A stretch of DNA of 64,000 nt from Nitrospiria bacterium (GCA_945787655.1 CALZIJ010000002.1:44576-108575); one strand, 5' to 3'; shown: positions 49,578 to 58,650, numbered from the stretch's first letter. Notes: generated by a model not told the origin, from the letters alone. A program made the numbers and translations.

Positions 49578-50483
49578 GTGCCTGTGAACGGATTTAAGAA
49601 AATCAATCAGCCCGCTTCCCGGCTTCAAAGAAGCCCGATGCATGCCGGGACTTCGGGAAAAACAAACGCGGGGATAAAACCGGGGGCCGCGTCTTCCGGA
49701 AAAGAACTCGGCCGGGCCTTGGGTAATCAAAAAATGGCTCAGCTTTTGACCCAAGGGAAAGCCGCGCCGCGCCGCATTCAGCGGCGCTGGGACGCAGCGA
49801 CAAGCGAGTGCGCGGGGCAGCCGACGGACAAGTGGGTCGAACGGATTGTCGTGCAGCAGGAAAGCCCACAAAGTACGACAATTCATTGGAGCGACGGGAC
49901 GACGGAATTGGGCCAATGTTCCTCAGGAAAAGGCCACTGCTGCGTCGATCCGGCCCATCCCGACGGCGTGGCCTGTACGGCGACGGGCTCCAAAAGGAAT
50001 GGCAGCAACTGCACGCCCATTACTTCTCGAAACGGGTACCTGGTGAAAAACCGGGACCTTGATCACAACGGGGTGCTGTGGTGGACGGAGTTCGTGCCGA
50101 GCCGGGGCATCGCCTTGCATGAGTACCGCCCGGTCGATGGCACGCCGCTGTCGCACGGTTGCGTGCGCCTCAATCACGACTTCGCGGTAAAAACCTTTTG
50201 CGGCGTGCGGCAAAACCAGACCTGGGTGCAGGTGCAGGGCTTCGCGCGGCCGATGTGCGACAACAGCAATTTACAAAGCGCCTGGCTGGGTGATTTCGCC
50301 ATGGGCGGCCGAAACCTGAGCGATTACGACGGGGACCGCGATACGCAGGCCTCCATCCGTGAAGCAAGACGGATGATCAATGCGGCCTTTGGGCGCACGG
50401 TCACCCCTGAGGAGATGCGGGGCTTCGACGCCTCCGACATCCCGCGCTGTAGCAGTACCGTTGCGCGCCCGGAGGGGGATTAA
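49578..50483 (+). CDS. Putative eCIS cargo 5: short leader + Cys-rich L,D-transpeptidase (YkuD)-fold domain
   Basis: LGRALGNQ, RRIQR; CSSG, TP, GIALH..SHGCVRL catalytic motif; no signal peptide. Confidence 0.82.
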   Translation: MPVNGFKKINQPASRLQRSPMHAGTSGKTNAGIKPGAASSGKELGRALGNQKMAQLLTQGKAAPRRIQRRWDAATSECAGQPTDKWVERIVVQQESPQSTTIHWSDGTTELGQCSSGKGHCCVDPAHPDGVACTATGSKRNGSNCTPITSRNGYLVKNRDLDHNGVLWWTEFVPSRGIALHEYRPVDGTPLSHGCVRLNHDFAVKTFCGVRQNQTWVQVQGFARPMCDNSNLQSAWLGDFAMGGRNLSDYDGDRDTQASIREARRMINAAFGRTVTPEEMRGFDASDIPRCSSTVARPEGD

Positions 50484-50523
50484 CCAAAGTTGATTCTATT
50501 GAAAAAAAGAGGAGCATCGACTG

Positions 50524-51249
50524 ATGTCGGGATTCAGTAACAAACCTAAAATTTTGCGGGGGGCCTTTGTGGAATACGGCTTGAGTATTCCGCCGCTCTT
50601 TGTCGTGTTTCAATTCAACCCCGTGCAGCTTTCGCGCAGCCGGACGCAGTCTTTCTCCGTGCCCGGCAGTGTGCAGCAGGCCGAGTACGAAGCGGCGCGC
50701 GAGGAAGGACGGTCGGCCCAGTACATTTCCTTGAGGGATTACCACCAGCGCTTTGATGACCTCTCCGAAATCCGCGACGCCCAGCAGGTGCGCATTCAGG
50801 AGGAATCCATCAACTTCGAAATCCGTTTGGACGCGACGGACGATTTGAACGACGGCGACACGATCACGGAGCAATTCGGCATCGCGCCGCAACTCTCGAC
50901 GCTTGAACTCATGGTGCATCCGAAGGAAGAGTCCCTTTTGGGACAAGCTTTGGGCGCGCTCCTCGGCTCGCCCGGCGGTTTTAGTTTCACGCGCAAGGAA
51001 AATCCGCCGATGATTCTCTTTATCTGGGGGCGGAAGCGGGTGCTGCCGGTGAACATCAACAGCCTGAGCATCACCGAGTCGGAATTCAGCACGGACCTGA
51101 ATCCGATCCGCGCGTCCGTTAACGTCAACCTGACTGTTATCGAAGGAAAAAACCTGGCCTATATGTACACCAAGGCGATGAAGGAAGTGATGTCGGTGCT
51201 GAATCTGGCGAATATCGCGGACATCGCCGATGTCGTCATTCCGGGGTAG
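50524..51249 (+). CDS. CIS tube-initiator-like protein (Afp7 N-part-like)
   Basis: FQFNP..LSR, E.I.F...LDATD, PP.ILFIWG..R.LPV.I.SLSITE..F...LNPIRA.V. Confidence 0.8.
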   Translation: MSGFSNKPKILRGAFVEYGLSIPPLFVVFQFNPVQLSRSRTQSFSVPGSVQQAEYEAAREEGRSAQYISLRDYHQRFDDLSEIRDAQQVRIQEESINFEIRLDATDDLNDGDTITEQFGIAPQLSTLELMVHPKEESLLGQALGALLGSPGGFSFTRKENPPMILFIWGRKRVLPVNINSLSITESEFSTDLNPIRASVNVNLTVIEGKNLAYMYTKAMKEVMSVLNLANIADIADVVIPG

Positions 51250-51255
51250 AAAAAA

Positions 51256-51849
51256 ATGTTTTCAAAAAATTCGCGTTACAAAAAACTGGAAGACGTGGTC
51301 GTCAGCGACAGCGAAGGGAAGCAGGCGGCCTCCAAGGCCCTGCGGCGCATTCCCGAAGTTTCAGGTGAATTCCTGCACACGGTCGAAGAAAACGATCGGC
51401 TGGATCATCTGGCCTTCAAGTACTACAAACAGCCCAAGAAGTGGTGGCGGATTTGCGACGCCAATCCCGGCCATCCTTTCCCGCCCGCGCTTTTAGGGAA
51501 AGATACGATGGTGATTGAACATTTTCCGCTCATCATCGACAGCGAAGCAGACGAACCGCTTTGGTCCGAGGTGCTTGCGGATTTGAGGGCCGAGGTCGGG
51601 GTGGAGCAGGTTCAACTGATAAAAGAAGAGACCGCCTTGGTGGAGCGGATCGAAACCGTGGGTTCAGAAACGGTCACACTGATCGTGCCGGAGTACGCCT
51701 ACAGACTCGTCGTGCGTTACAACGGCATGAATCTCGACACGACGGCGCTGGTCACACGCATGACCGGCCTCGATTTGGAAGTCGGGCCGCCGAAGCCGGT
51801 CGGACGGATTGGCAAGGCAATCATCATTCCACCCAATACGGTGAAATAG
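51256..51849 (+). CDS. LysM-like baseplate glue protein
   Basis: MF...SRY; HTV.ENDRLDHLA.KYY..P.KWWRICDANP. Confidence 0.8.
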   Translation: MFSKNSRYKKLEDVVVSDSEGKQAASKALRRIPEVSGEFLHTVEENDRLDHLAFKYYKQPKKWWRICDANPGHPFPPALLGKDTMVIEHFPLIIDSEADEPLWSEVLADLRAEVGVEQVQLIKEETALVERIETVGSETVTLIVPEYAYRLVVRYNGMNLDTTALVTRMTGLDLEVGPPKPVGRIGKAIIIPPNTVK

Positions 51850-51856
51850 GACAGTC

Positions 51857-52975
51857 ATGGAAGCGGAAAATTTTTCAATCACAATTGACGGCGAAGCGGC
51901 GGAGGATCTTTATCCCGACTTGATGGGGTTCGAGGTCGAACTGGATGAGGCCCTTGCCGGCATGTTCCGGCTGCGGCTCACGCTTTCGCAAGATACGGAC
52001 GGGATCTGGGGCTACCTCGATGACGAACGCCTGCAGCTTTGGAAAGAAGTCACCATTTCCGCGGGCTTCGAGGATGAGCTGGACGACTTGATCACGGGCT
52101 ATATCACGCACCTCAAACCCCATTTCGCGCCGGAGCGCACCGAGTGTGCTCTAGAAATTTGGGGGATGGACGGCAGCGTGCTGATGGATCGGGAAGAAAA
52201 ATTGAAGGACTGGCCCGATAAAAAAGACAGCGACATCGCCTCCGAAATTTTCAGCCTGTACGGGTTTTCGGCCGAAACCGAGGACAGCGCCGTGATCCAT
52301 GACGAGGCCGTCTCCACGATCATTCAACGGGAAACCGACATCCAGTTTTTAAAACGCCTGGCCCTGCGAAACGGCTACGAATGTTATGTGGAGGGCACGA
52401 CCGGCTACTTCCGTCCGCCGCAAATCGATGAAGATCCGCAACCCATCCTGGCCGTTCATTTCGGAGACGAAACCAACGTGTCCTCGTTTTCCATCGCGGT
52501 CAACGCGCTGACACCGGCCAATGTCGCCATGTATCAAATCGACCGGAGCAGCAAGGAAGTGCTGGAGTCCGTCGTGGAATCCAGCCTGCAAACGCCCCTG
52601 GGAAACACGAACGGCGCGGGGTACCTGGGTCCAGGCATGTCGCCGGGCCGGGCCGTGATCGGCATGAACGCCGCGACGGGCAACCCGGAGATGACGGCCC
52701 TCTGCCAGGGCCTGTTTCACGAGGGCGAATGGTTTGTGACGGGGGAAGGGGAAATCGCCGCCAACGAATACGGCCATATTTTGAAACCCCGGCGCACTGT
52801 CACGATCAAGGGCCTGGGAGAAACCCACAGCGGGATCTACTATGTGTGCCGTGTCACCCACGCCTTTACTTCCGAGGGCTATACACAAACCTTCAAGGTC
52901 AAGCGAAACGGGCTTGAGCCGACCGGCGCGGAGGATTTTTCCGGGGAATCCGGCGGTTTGGGAGGATTGTTATGA
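51857..52975 (+). CDS. Phage late control D / gp27-like hub (VgrG N-part, Afp8-like)
   Basis: DSDIA..I...YG, QRETDIQFLKRLA.RNG, G.YYV..VTH. Confidence 0.88.
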   Translation: MEAENFSITIDGEAAEDLYPDLMGFEVELDEALAGMFRLRLTLSQDTDGIWGYLDDERLQLWKEVTISAGFEDELDDLITGYITHLKPHFAPERTECALEIWGMDGSVLMDREEKLKDWPDKKDSDIASEIFSLYGFSAETEDSAVIHDEAVSTIIQRETDIQFLKRLALRNGYECYVEGTTGYFRPPQIDEDPQPILAVHFGDETNVSSFSIAVNALTPANVAMYQIDRSSKEVLESVVESSLQTPLGNTNGAGYLGPGMSPGRAVIGMNAATGNPEMTALCQGLFHEGEWFVTGEGEIAANEYGHILKPRRTVTIKGLGETHSGIYYVCRVTHAFTSEGYTQTFKVKRNGLEPTGAEDFSGESGGLGGLL

Positions 52976-53823
52976 GCTTGGACCAGGTGGTCGCCAACCT
53001 CATTCAAAAAGTCGAGCAGCGTTTTTATGGAAAGTATCGCGGCATCGTCGTGGACAACGCCGACCCCGAAGATCTCGGAAGACTGAAACTCAGCGTCCCC
53101 AGCGTGCTGGGTAGTGAAGTGGTCACCGGCTGGGCGACGCCTTGCGTGCCATACGGCGGCATGGAAAATCAGGGTTTTTTGTTTATTCCGGAAGTCGATG
53201 CGGGTATCTGGGTGGAATTCGAGGAAGGCGATCTGGAATTTCCCATTTGGGTCGGCACCTATTGGAGCAAGCCGGGCGGCGAGAGCGAGCTGCCGAAACC
53301 CAATGACGATACCGGCGCGGAAGAAGGCAGCGTTCAAAGTCCTCCGACACGAAAAATCATTAAAACGGTTCAAGGTCATACGCTTCAGTTTGAAGATGCG
53401 GGCGAAGACCTTCGTATCCTCATCACGGACGGCGAGAACGAAAACCGGGTCCTTCTCAGCGGCGGCGGCATTCAAATCGTCAATAAAAACAACACGATTG
53501 AATTGTCCGACCAGGGCATTACGATACAGGACGGCAACGGCAACATCGTCACGCAGGATGCCAACGGCACGACGCTGACAGACAGCAACGGCAATGAGAT
53601 GGTCATGGACGCCCTCAGCGGGTTTCCCGCGGGGCCGGGCATCAAAATGAACGCGGGCACGGGCCGGGTTTGCATGGAAGATCTGGTGACCTGGCTTTTA
53701 AGTCATCAGCATGTCGGAAATATGGGCGCACCGACACCGCTTTTCCCCGCGAATATGCCCGACTTGATCGCGGCCATGGCGGGCGGCAACAATATACTTT
53801 CAAAAAAACTTAAAGTGGAATAG
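52972..53823 (+). CDS. Baseplate assembly protein V / gp5 OB-fold spike
   Basis: YGKYRGIV.DN.DP..LGRL, WATPCVP, P.V..G.WVEFEEGD..PIW.G; beta-repeat region; HQH tip motif. Confidence 0.9.
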   Translation: MSLDQVVANLIQKVEQRFYGKYRGIVVDNADPEDLGRLKLSVPSVLGSEVVTGWATPCVPYGGMENQGFLFIPEVDAGIWVEFEEGDLEFPIWVGTYWSKPGGESELPKPNDDTGAEEGSVQSPPTRKIIKTVQGHTLQFEDAGEDLRILITDGENENRVLLSGGGIQIVNKNNTIELSDQGITIQDGNGNIVTQDANGTTLTDSNGNEMVMDALSGFPAGPGIKMNAGTGRVCMEDLVTWLLSHQHVGNMGAPTPLFPANMPDLIAAMAGGNNILSKKLKVE

Positions 53824-53831
53824 GGCAGATC

Positions 53832-54137
53832 ATGGCACTGACAATTGGAAGTACCAGCGCAACAAGCGGCATGACGAAGGCGATTTACGACACGATCCAA
53901 TCGGTCATGGAGCCGATTGAAGGGGTTGAGGGCGACGCTTTGGAAGACATCCGCACGAGTTGGAAAAAACTGTCTTACGCCATCTCGAAAGGCGTTATCG
54001 ACCACATTACGGCGAACATGGAAATCAAGGGCGTGGAAACCACGGGAAATATCAACGCCGCAGTCTCCGGAAGCGCAGCGACGCAGAGCAATGTGGTTTT
54101 TACGCAAAGCAACGACGGCACAGGCCGGGTGACCTAA
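53832..54137 (+). CDS. Small hypothetical protein at the PAAR position
   Basis: 101 aa between spike and gp25; AI..GVIDHI..N..; ends GTGRV. Confidence 0.7.
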   Translation: MALTIGSTSATSGMTKAIYDTIQSVMEPIEGVEGDALEDIRTSWKKLSYAISKGVIDHITANMEIKGVETTGNINAAVSGSAATQSNVVFTQSNDGTGRVT

Positions 54138-54152
54138 ACAGAGAGGCGGATC

Positions 54153-54521
54153 ATGCAGGTCGAAAAAGACAGTTTCGGATTTCCCTTCGCCGCCGACACG
54201 GCGGGACACATCAGCGCGAGCGGCGGCGACGAGGCCATCCGGGGACGCATTATTCAGGTGCTCTTCACGGCACCGGGTGAGCGCGTGAACATGCCGACCT
54301 TCGGCTGCGGACTGTTTAACCTGGTGTTCGAGCCCAATAACAGCATACTGGCCTCCGCAATGGAATTTACCGTGGGTCAGGCCCTCACCCGCTGGCTGGC
54401 CGATGACATTATTGTGGACGGCGTGGATGTCAAGTCGGAAGAAGAGACGATCACGATCGAAATCGCCTATACGAAAAAAACGGACCTGTCTAAAAAGTTG
54501 GTGCGCATTCACTTTAAATAG
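54153..54521 (+). CDS. GPW/gp25 family baseplate protein (Afp9-like)
   Basis: LFTAPGERVNMPTFGCGL..LVFEPN. Confidence 0.93.
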   Translation: MQVEKDSFGFPFAADTAGHISASGGDEAIRGRIIQVLFTAPGERVNMPTFGCGLFNLVFEPNNSILASAMEFTVGQALTRWLADDIIVDGVDVKSEEETITIEIAYTKKTDLSKKLVRIHFK

Positions 54522-54527
54522 GGTTCT

Positions 54528-54630
54528 ACCCCCCTTAGAAAAAGGGGGGTTAAGGGGGGATTAAACAGGTCAAAAAATAAAACGAGGCAAAAGAAAAATC
54601 CCCCTCAATCCCCCTTTGTCAAAGGGGGAA
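54528..54630. repeat. Inverted pair of G/C-tract palindromic (REP-like) repeats
   Basis: ACCCCCCTTAGAAAAAGGGGGGTTAAGGGGGGATT (54528-62) and AATCCCCCTCAATCCCCCTTTGTCAAAGGGGGAA (54597-630) flanking an A-rich spacer. Confidence 0.8.
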
Positions 54631-54671
54631 ATAAGAGATGAAACTGATTTTTTAAATAAAAGGATAGAACG

Positions 54672-56149
54672 ATGGCGGAAATTAAAAAAACAAACGTGCA
54701 GTTGGCAGTCGATGTGATGGCACGCGATTACGACAGCCTGCTGCAATCCATGCGCGCGCTGATCCCCACCAAACTGCCTGAGTGGAAAGAATACGAAAAC
54801 GAAGCCGACTTCGGGAACGTGCTGCTGGAATTGTTCGCCCACATGGGCGACATCCTGAGTTATTATCAGGATCGCGCTGTCAACGAAAGTTTTTTAAGCA
54901 CGGCGCAAACGCGAAGAAGCATCATTCAACACCTGCGCCTCATCGGCTACAAACTGTCCACGGCGGCACCGGCCTCCGCCGCGCTCACCCTCACCGTGCC
55001 TGAGACCTGCAACGAGGTCATCACCCTTCAAAAAGGAGATGCCTTCGCCACAAAAAGCCAAGAAAACAGCCCCAGTATTCGCTTTGAATACACCCGCGAA
55101 GTGGCCATGGAAATCGATTGCAGTACCCTGAGTGCGAGCGGTGGAAAAAAGACCATCGAAAACATTCCCATCGAAGAAGGACGCTTGGTGGAAGAAGAAA
55201 TTCTGGGCGTCTCGGACGGCAGCACGAATCAACAGTACCCCTTGACCCATGCAGGTCTGATTTTACGGTCACTGGGGCAGGGGCAACAGATTCAGAAGGA
55301 CATCATTGTATTAACCGAACTGGGCGAGACCATCGAGGAATGGCGGCTTCAGGACAGCCTGGCCTTCAGCCGCGAGGGACAAAAGGACTACATCGTCGAG
55401 ATTGACGAAAACGATCAGGCCATGATCATCTTCGGCGACGGGGCCTTCGGCGCCATTCCACCATTGTGGATGCCCCCCAACTCACCTTGGCCGGGGCGCA
55501 GGTCACGAACCCCGCCGCGGCCACGGGCGGAGCGGAGCGGGAAACCATAGAAAACGCCGTCCGGCACGCGCCGAATGTTTTTCGTTCTTTGAAGCGCGCC
55601 GTAACGCAGGACGACTACGAGGCGCTCGCGCTGGAATTCACCGGCGTCGGCAAGGTCCGCGCCGAGGGGACGAACTGGAACACCGTGACCCTCTTCATCG
55701 CACCTCAGGGCGGCGGGCATGTCAGCGACGTGCTTGAGGCCAACCTGTTGGCCTATTTTGAAGACAAGCGCCCCGTCTCGACACTCATCGAAATTCAGGA
55801 CGTCGATTATGTGCAAATCTATGTCACGGCGGAAGTCGATGTGGAAAGCTATTATTCCGCCGATGAAATCAGGGAAAAGGTGCAGGATGCCGTTGAGGGC
55901 CTGCTCGCCTTCGATGCGGTCGACTTCGCGCAAATCCTTTATCTCAGCAAGTTTTACGAGGCCATCGAGGCCATCGACGGCGTCAAGGGCGTCAACATTT
56001 CGGAGTTCCGGCGATATGACGAAGCCGCCGCCACCATTCATGTGGATGGCAAAATCGTCCTGGGCTCCAATGAAATTCCTGAAATCCCCGCCGGGGAAAC
56101 GGACTACGCCAAGGGTGCGAAAGTGACCACTTCCGGAGGCAGCCAGTGA
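54672..56149 (+). pseudogene. Baseplate J / Afp11-like gene split by frameshift or deletion near 55460
   Basis: N-part: RDYDS, DFG..LLELFAHMGDILSYYQD, FGDG.FG.IP; C-part in another frame: VTNP.AATGG...E, RAVT..DY; junction GCCATTCCACCATTGTG. Confidence 0.75.
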
Positions 56150-58647
56150 GTTTTCGTCTGACACACATCACCGCCGAGGCCCGGCCCGAGGGCAACCGGA
56201 TCGATCTTGTCTGGGAAAATCCGGAAGCGGCACACTATCCGGGCATGCGCATTATGCGCCGCACGCGGACCTTCCCGACCTCGCCCGAAGACGGCGACCT
56301 TGTCGCGGACGGGACAGGCTTCAACCGGGTCGAGGACACGGCCCTCAAGGCCGAGACGGTTTATTATTACGCCCTTTTCCCGTACCGAAATGATCCGCCC
56401 GAATACGAGATTGACAAGCACAACCGCGTGTCCGCGATGGCGACCGGCCCCTACAACATGGCCGGACAGATGGCGGATTTATTGCCGGGAATCTATCATC
56501 GTTACGACACGAAGTTGCCTCTGACCGTCCCGCCGGGCATGACGGCGGCGGACCAGGAACGGGGCCAGCTCCGGCGCTTTCTCGACCTGCCGGGCGCGCA
56601 GCTCGACCAGTTTCGAAGCCTGGCCAGGGTCATCCCCGATCTCGCCGACATCCAAAACCTCGACGGGGCGCTCTTGCCCTTGCTGGCGAAGTGGATCGCC
56701 TGGCGGACCGATCACCGGCTGGAATTCGACGGACAGCGCAACGAGCTGCGGGACGCCGTTTCCGTTTATCAAACCATCGGCCTCATTCCGTCCGTCGAGG
56801 CGACGGTCAAGCGCATCCTGGGTTGGGAGAGCCGGGCGAAGGAATTCGTGCACAACGTGGCACGCAGCAATCAGGCGGAGCGGCTCAATATCTGGGTGCG
56901 GCGGGAACGCGGCCCCGGCGACTGGTCCAGGGCTAGGGAACCTTTTTCCCTGGGCTTCGCCTATGACGGCCGGCCTTCCACCGTCGTGGATCAGGCGGGG
57001 ACGCGGTGGTTTTTCTTTCACACGCTCCGCAACGGCCGCTGGGATATTTGGACCAAGACCTTGGTCACTTTTGAATTATTGGAAAGCTTTGAAGAGACGC
57101 TTGACGAAGAGACCATGAGCTTCGCGCTTCAGCAAGCCTTTGAAGATGCGGGCCATCCCTTGTCCCTCAATGCACTCATCATCAAAAACGAAGACGAATG
57201 GCTTGTAAGGGACCGTGAAAATCACCAGCGCTATACGATTCTACCGGGCGCGGGGCAACTGGATGTCTATCGCTGGGCCCCCAGCCAACGGCTCACCAAC
57301 GGCCCGCGCATCGACAAACACCCCTCCGCCGTGGTCAAGGGCGATACGCTGTGGGTCTATTGGGACAGTTACGACGCCAAAACGGAAAGCCACCAAGTCC
57401 ACTATCAAAGTGTTCAAGCGGGAATCTGGTCCGAACCTCAGGTGTTCGGCGATGCGGCGACGGCGCGCAAACGGCCCTTCGCGATCATCGATCACACAAA
57501 TCATCTCTGGTTGTTCTGGCTCGAAAAAACGGCGGAGAAGTGGGAACTGAAGTTTCTTCGGGAAGAGAACAATGCATGGAACATCCCGGCCGCGCACACC
57601 TTTCCTTTGGACGACGAGGACGATCCGGTCGTGCAAACCGACCTCTTCGTTTTTTTTCAGCCGGGCGCGTCGGCCACAAACGGCATCCCCAAGATTTGGG
57701 TCTTCTGGAGCCGCAAGGTGCCGACCGGCACGCCCGGACAAAGCCGCTGGGAAATTGCCTATCGCTTCGCCGAAAATATCGATCCGGACGAATTTACGTG
57801 GTTCCATTCCTGGAGTTTGGCCTTCCCCGATCATTTCAGCATCGACACTTCCGTGCTTCCGGTTTCGCTGGACTTGCTCACATGGCATGTGAACCGGCCG
57901 CCGGACTGGAGCCCGGTTTTCACCGTGCCGAAACCCACGCTCGACGATCAGGACCGCGAACCGGCCCTCTTTTTGAACGCTGCAGGCGACATCGAATTCT
58001 ACTGGAGTTCCAACCGGAATCAAAGCTGGTCGATCTGGCGGGCCGTCCTGCGGGACACGCCTGTTCCCATGCTGGACAACGTGATGCAGATTACGGACAA
58101 TCCCTTTTCTCAGCGCGACCCCCTGCCTTTTTTAATCGACGGCGTCACCCGGCTGTCGTACCACGGTAATGCGCCCGTCGGATACACAAGCGAGATCTAC
58201 GGCGCAACAGAAACGGTTGACTTGCGTTATTCCGGAACGACCTCGGTCGATACCAAGAACCTCGCGAAAATCGCGCAGCGCGGCACCTATGACGATTTTC
58301 AAACCTACAGCTATGACACCGGCCCGGCCGGGACACCGGGGCCGGAGACCTGGTACGCCCGGGACACCATCGGGCTTTATTTGACACCCGACACGGAAGA
58401 TACCTCAAAAATTGCACAAAACCAGACCATGATCGAGCGTATTTTGAGGGAATTTTTGCCGATACAGATCCGCGCGGTGTTTATTTTCGAACCGGCGATT
58501 TATAAAGAGATGATCTACACCACTGACTTCCCGGCCGTTTTTCCACAGAAAGTACTCGGCGATTTGATCTTCGACGGCACCATACCGGAGATGGTTTCCG
58601 GGCCGGGAGATACCATTCATGACGCAGAACCCGAAGGAGGAGAATAA
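56146..58647 (+). CDS. eCIS phage tail protein (P2 gpI/Afp12-like) with N-terminal FN3-like and internal beta-propeller-like region
   Basis: LLPGIYHRYD, GQLRRFL, LLPLLA.WI, repeated DxxPS/W.FW/S.RNG.W.IW blades, LREFLP. Confidence 0.7.
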   Translation: MSFRLTHITAEARPEGNRIDLVWENPEAAHYPGMRIMRRTRTFPTSPEDGDLVADGTGFNRVEDTALKAETVYYYALFPYRNDPPEYEIDKHNRVSAMATGPYNMAGQMADLLPGIYHRYDTKLPLTVPPGMTAADQERGQLRRFLDLPGAQLDQFRSLARVIPDLADIQNLDGALLPLLAKWIAWRTDHRLEFDGQRNELRDAVSVYQTIGLIPSVEATVKRILGWESRAKEFVHNVARSNQAERLNIWVRRERGPGDWSRAREPFSLGFAYDGRPSTVVDQAGTRWFFFHTLRNGRWDIWTKTLVTFELLESFEETLDEETMSFALQQAFEDAGHPLSLNALIIKNEDEWLVRDRENHQRYTILPGAGQLDVYRWAPSQRLTNGPRIDKHPSAVVKGDTLWVYWDSYDAKTESHQVHYQSVQAGIWSEPQVFGDAATARKRPFAIIDHTNHLWLFWLEKTAEKWELKFLREENNAWNIPAAHTFPLDDEDDPVVQTDLFVFFQPGASATNGIPKIWVFWSRKVPTGTPGQSRWEIAYRFAENIDPDEFTWFHSWSLAFPDHFSIDTSVLPVSLDLLTWHVNRPPDWSPVFTVPKPTLDDQDREPALFLNAAGDIEFYWSSNRNQSWSIWRAVLRDTPVPMLDNVMQITDNPFSQRDPLPFLIDGVTRLSYHGNAPVGYTSEIYGATETVDLRYSGTTSVDTKNLAKIAQRGTYDDFQTYSYDTGPAGTPGPETWYARDTIGLYLTPDTEDTSKIAQNQTMIERILREFLPIQIRAVFIFEPAIYKEMIYTTDFPAVFPQKVLGDLIFDGTIPEMVSGPGDTIHDAEPEGGE

Positions 58648-58650
58648 CCG

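Noticed and set aside
43517-58169. Long antisense or alternative-frame ORFs (e.g. 43517-44209, 47920-48702, 53706-54512, 57241-58023) as immunity genes
   Set aside because: They overlap well-supported genes in GC-rich DNA and show no motifs or RBS
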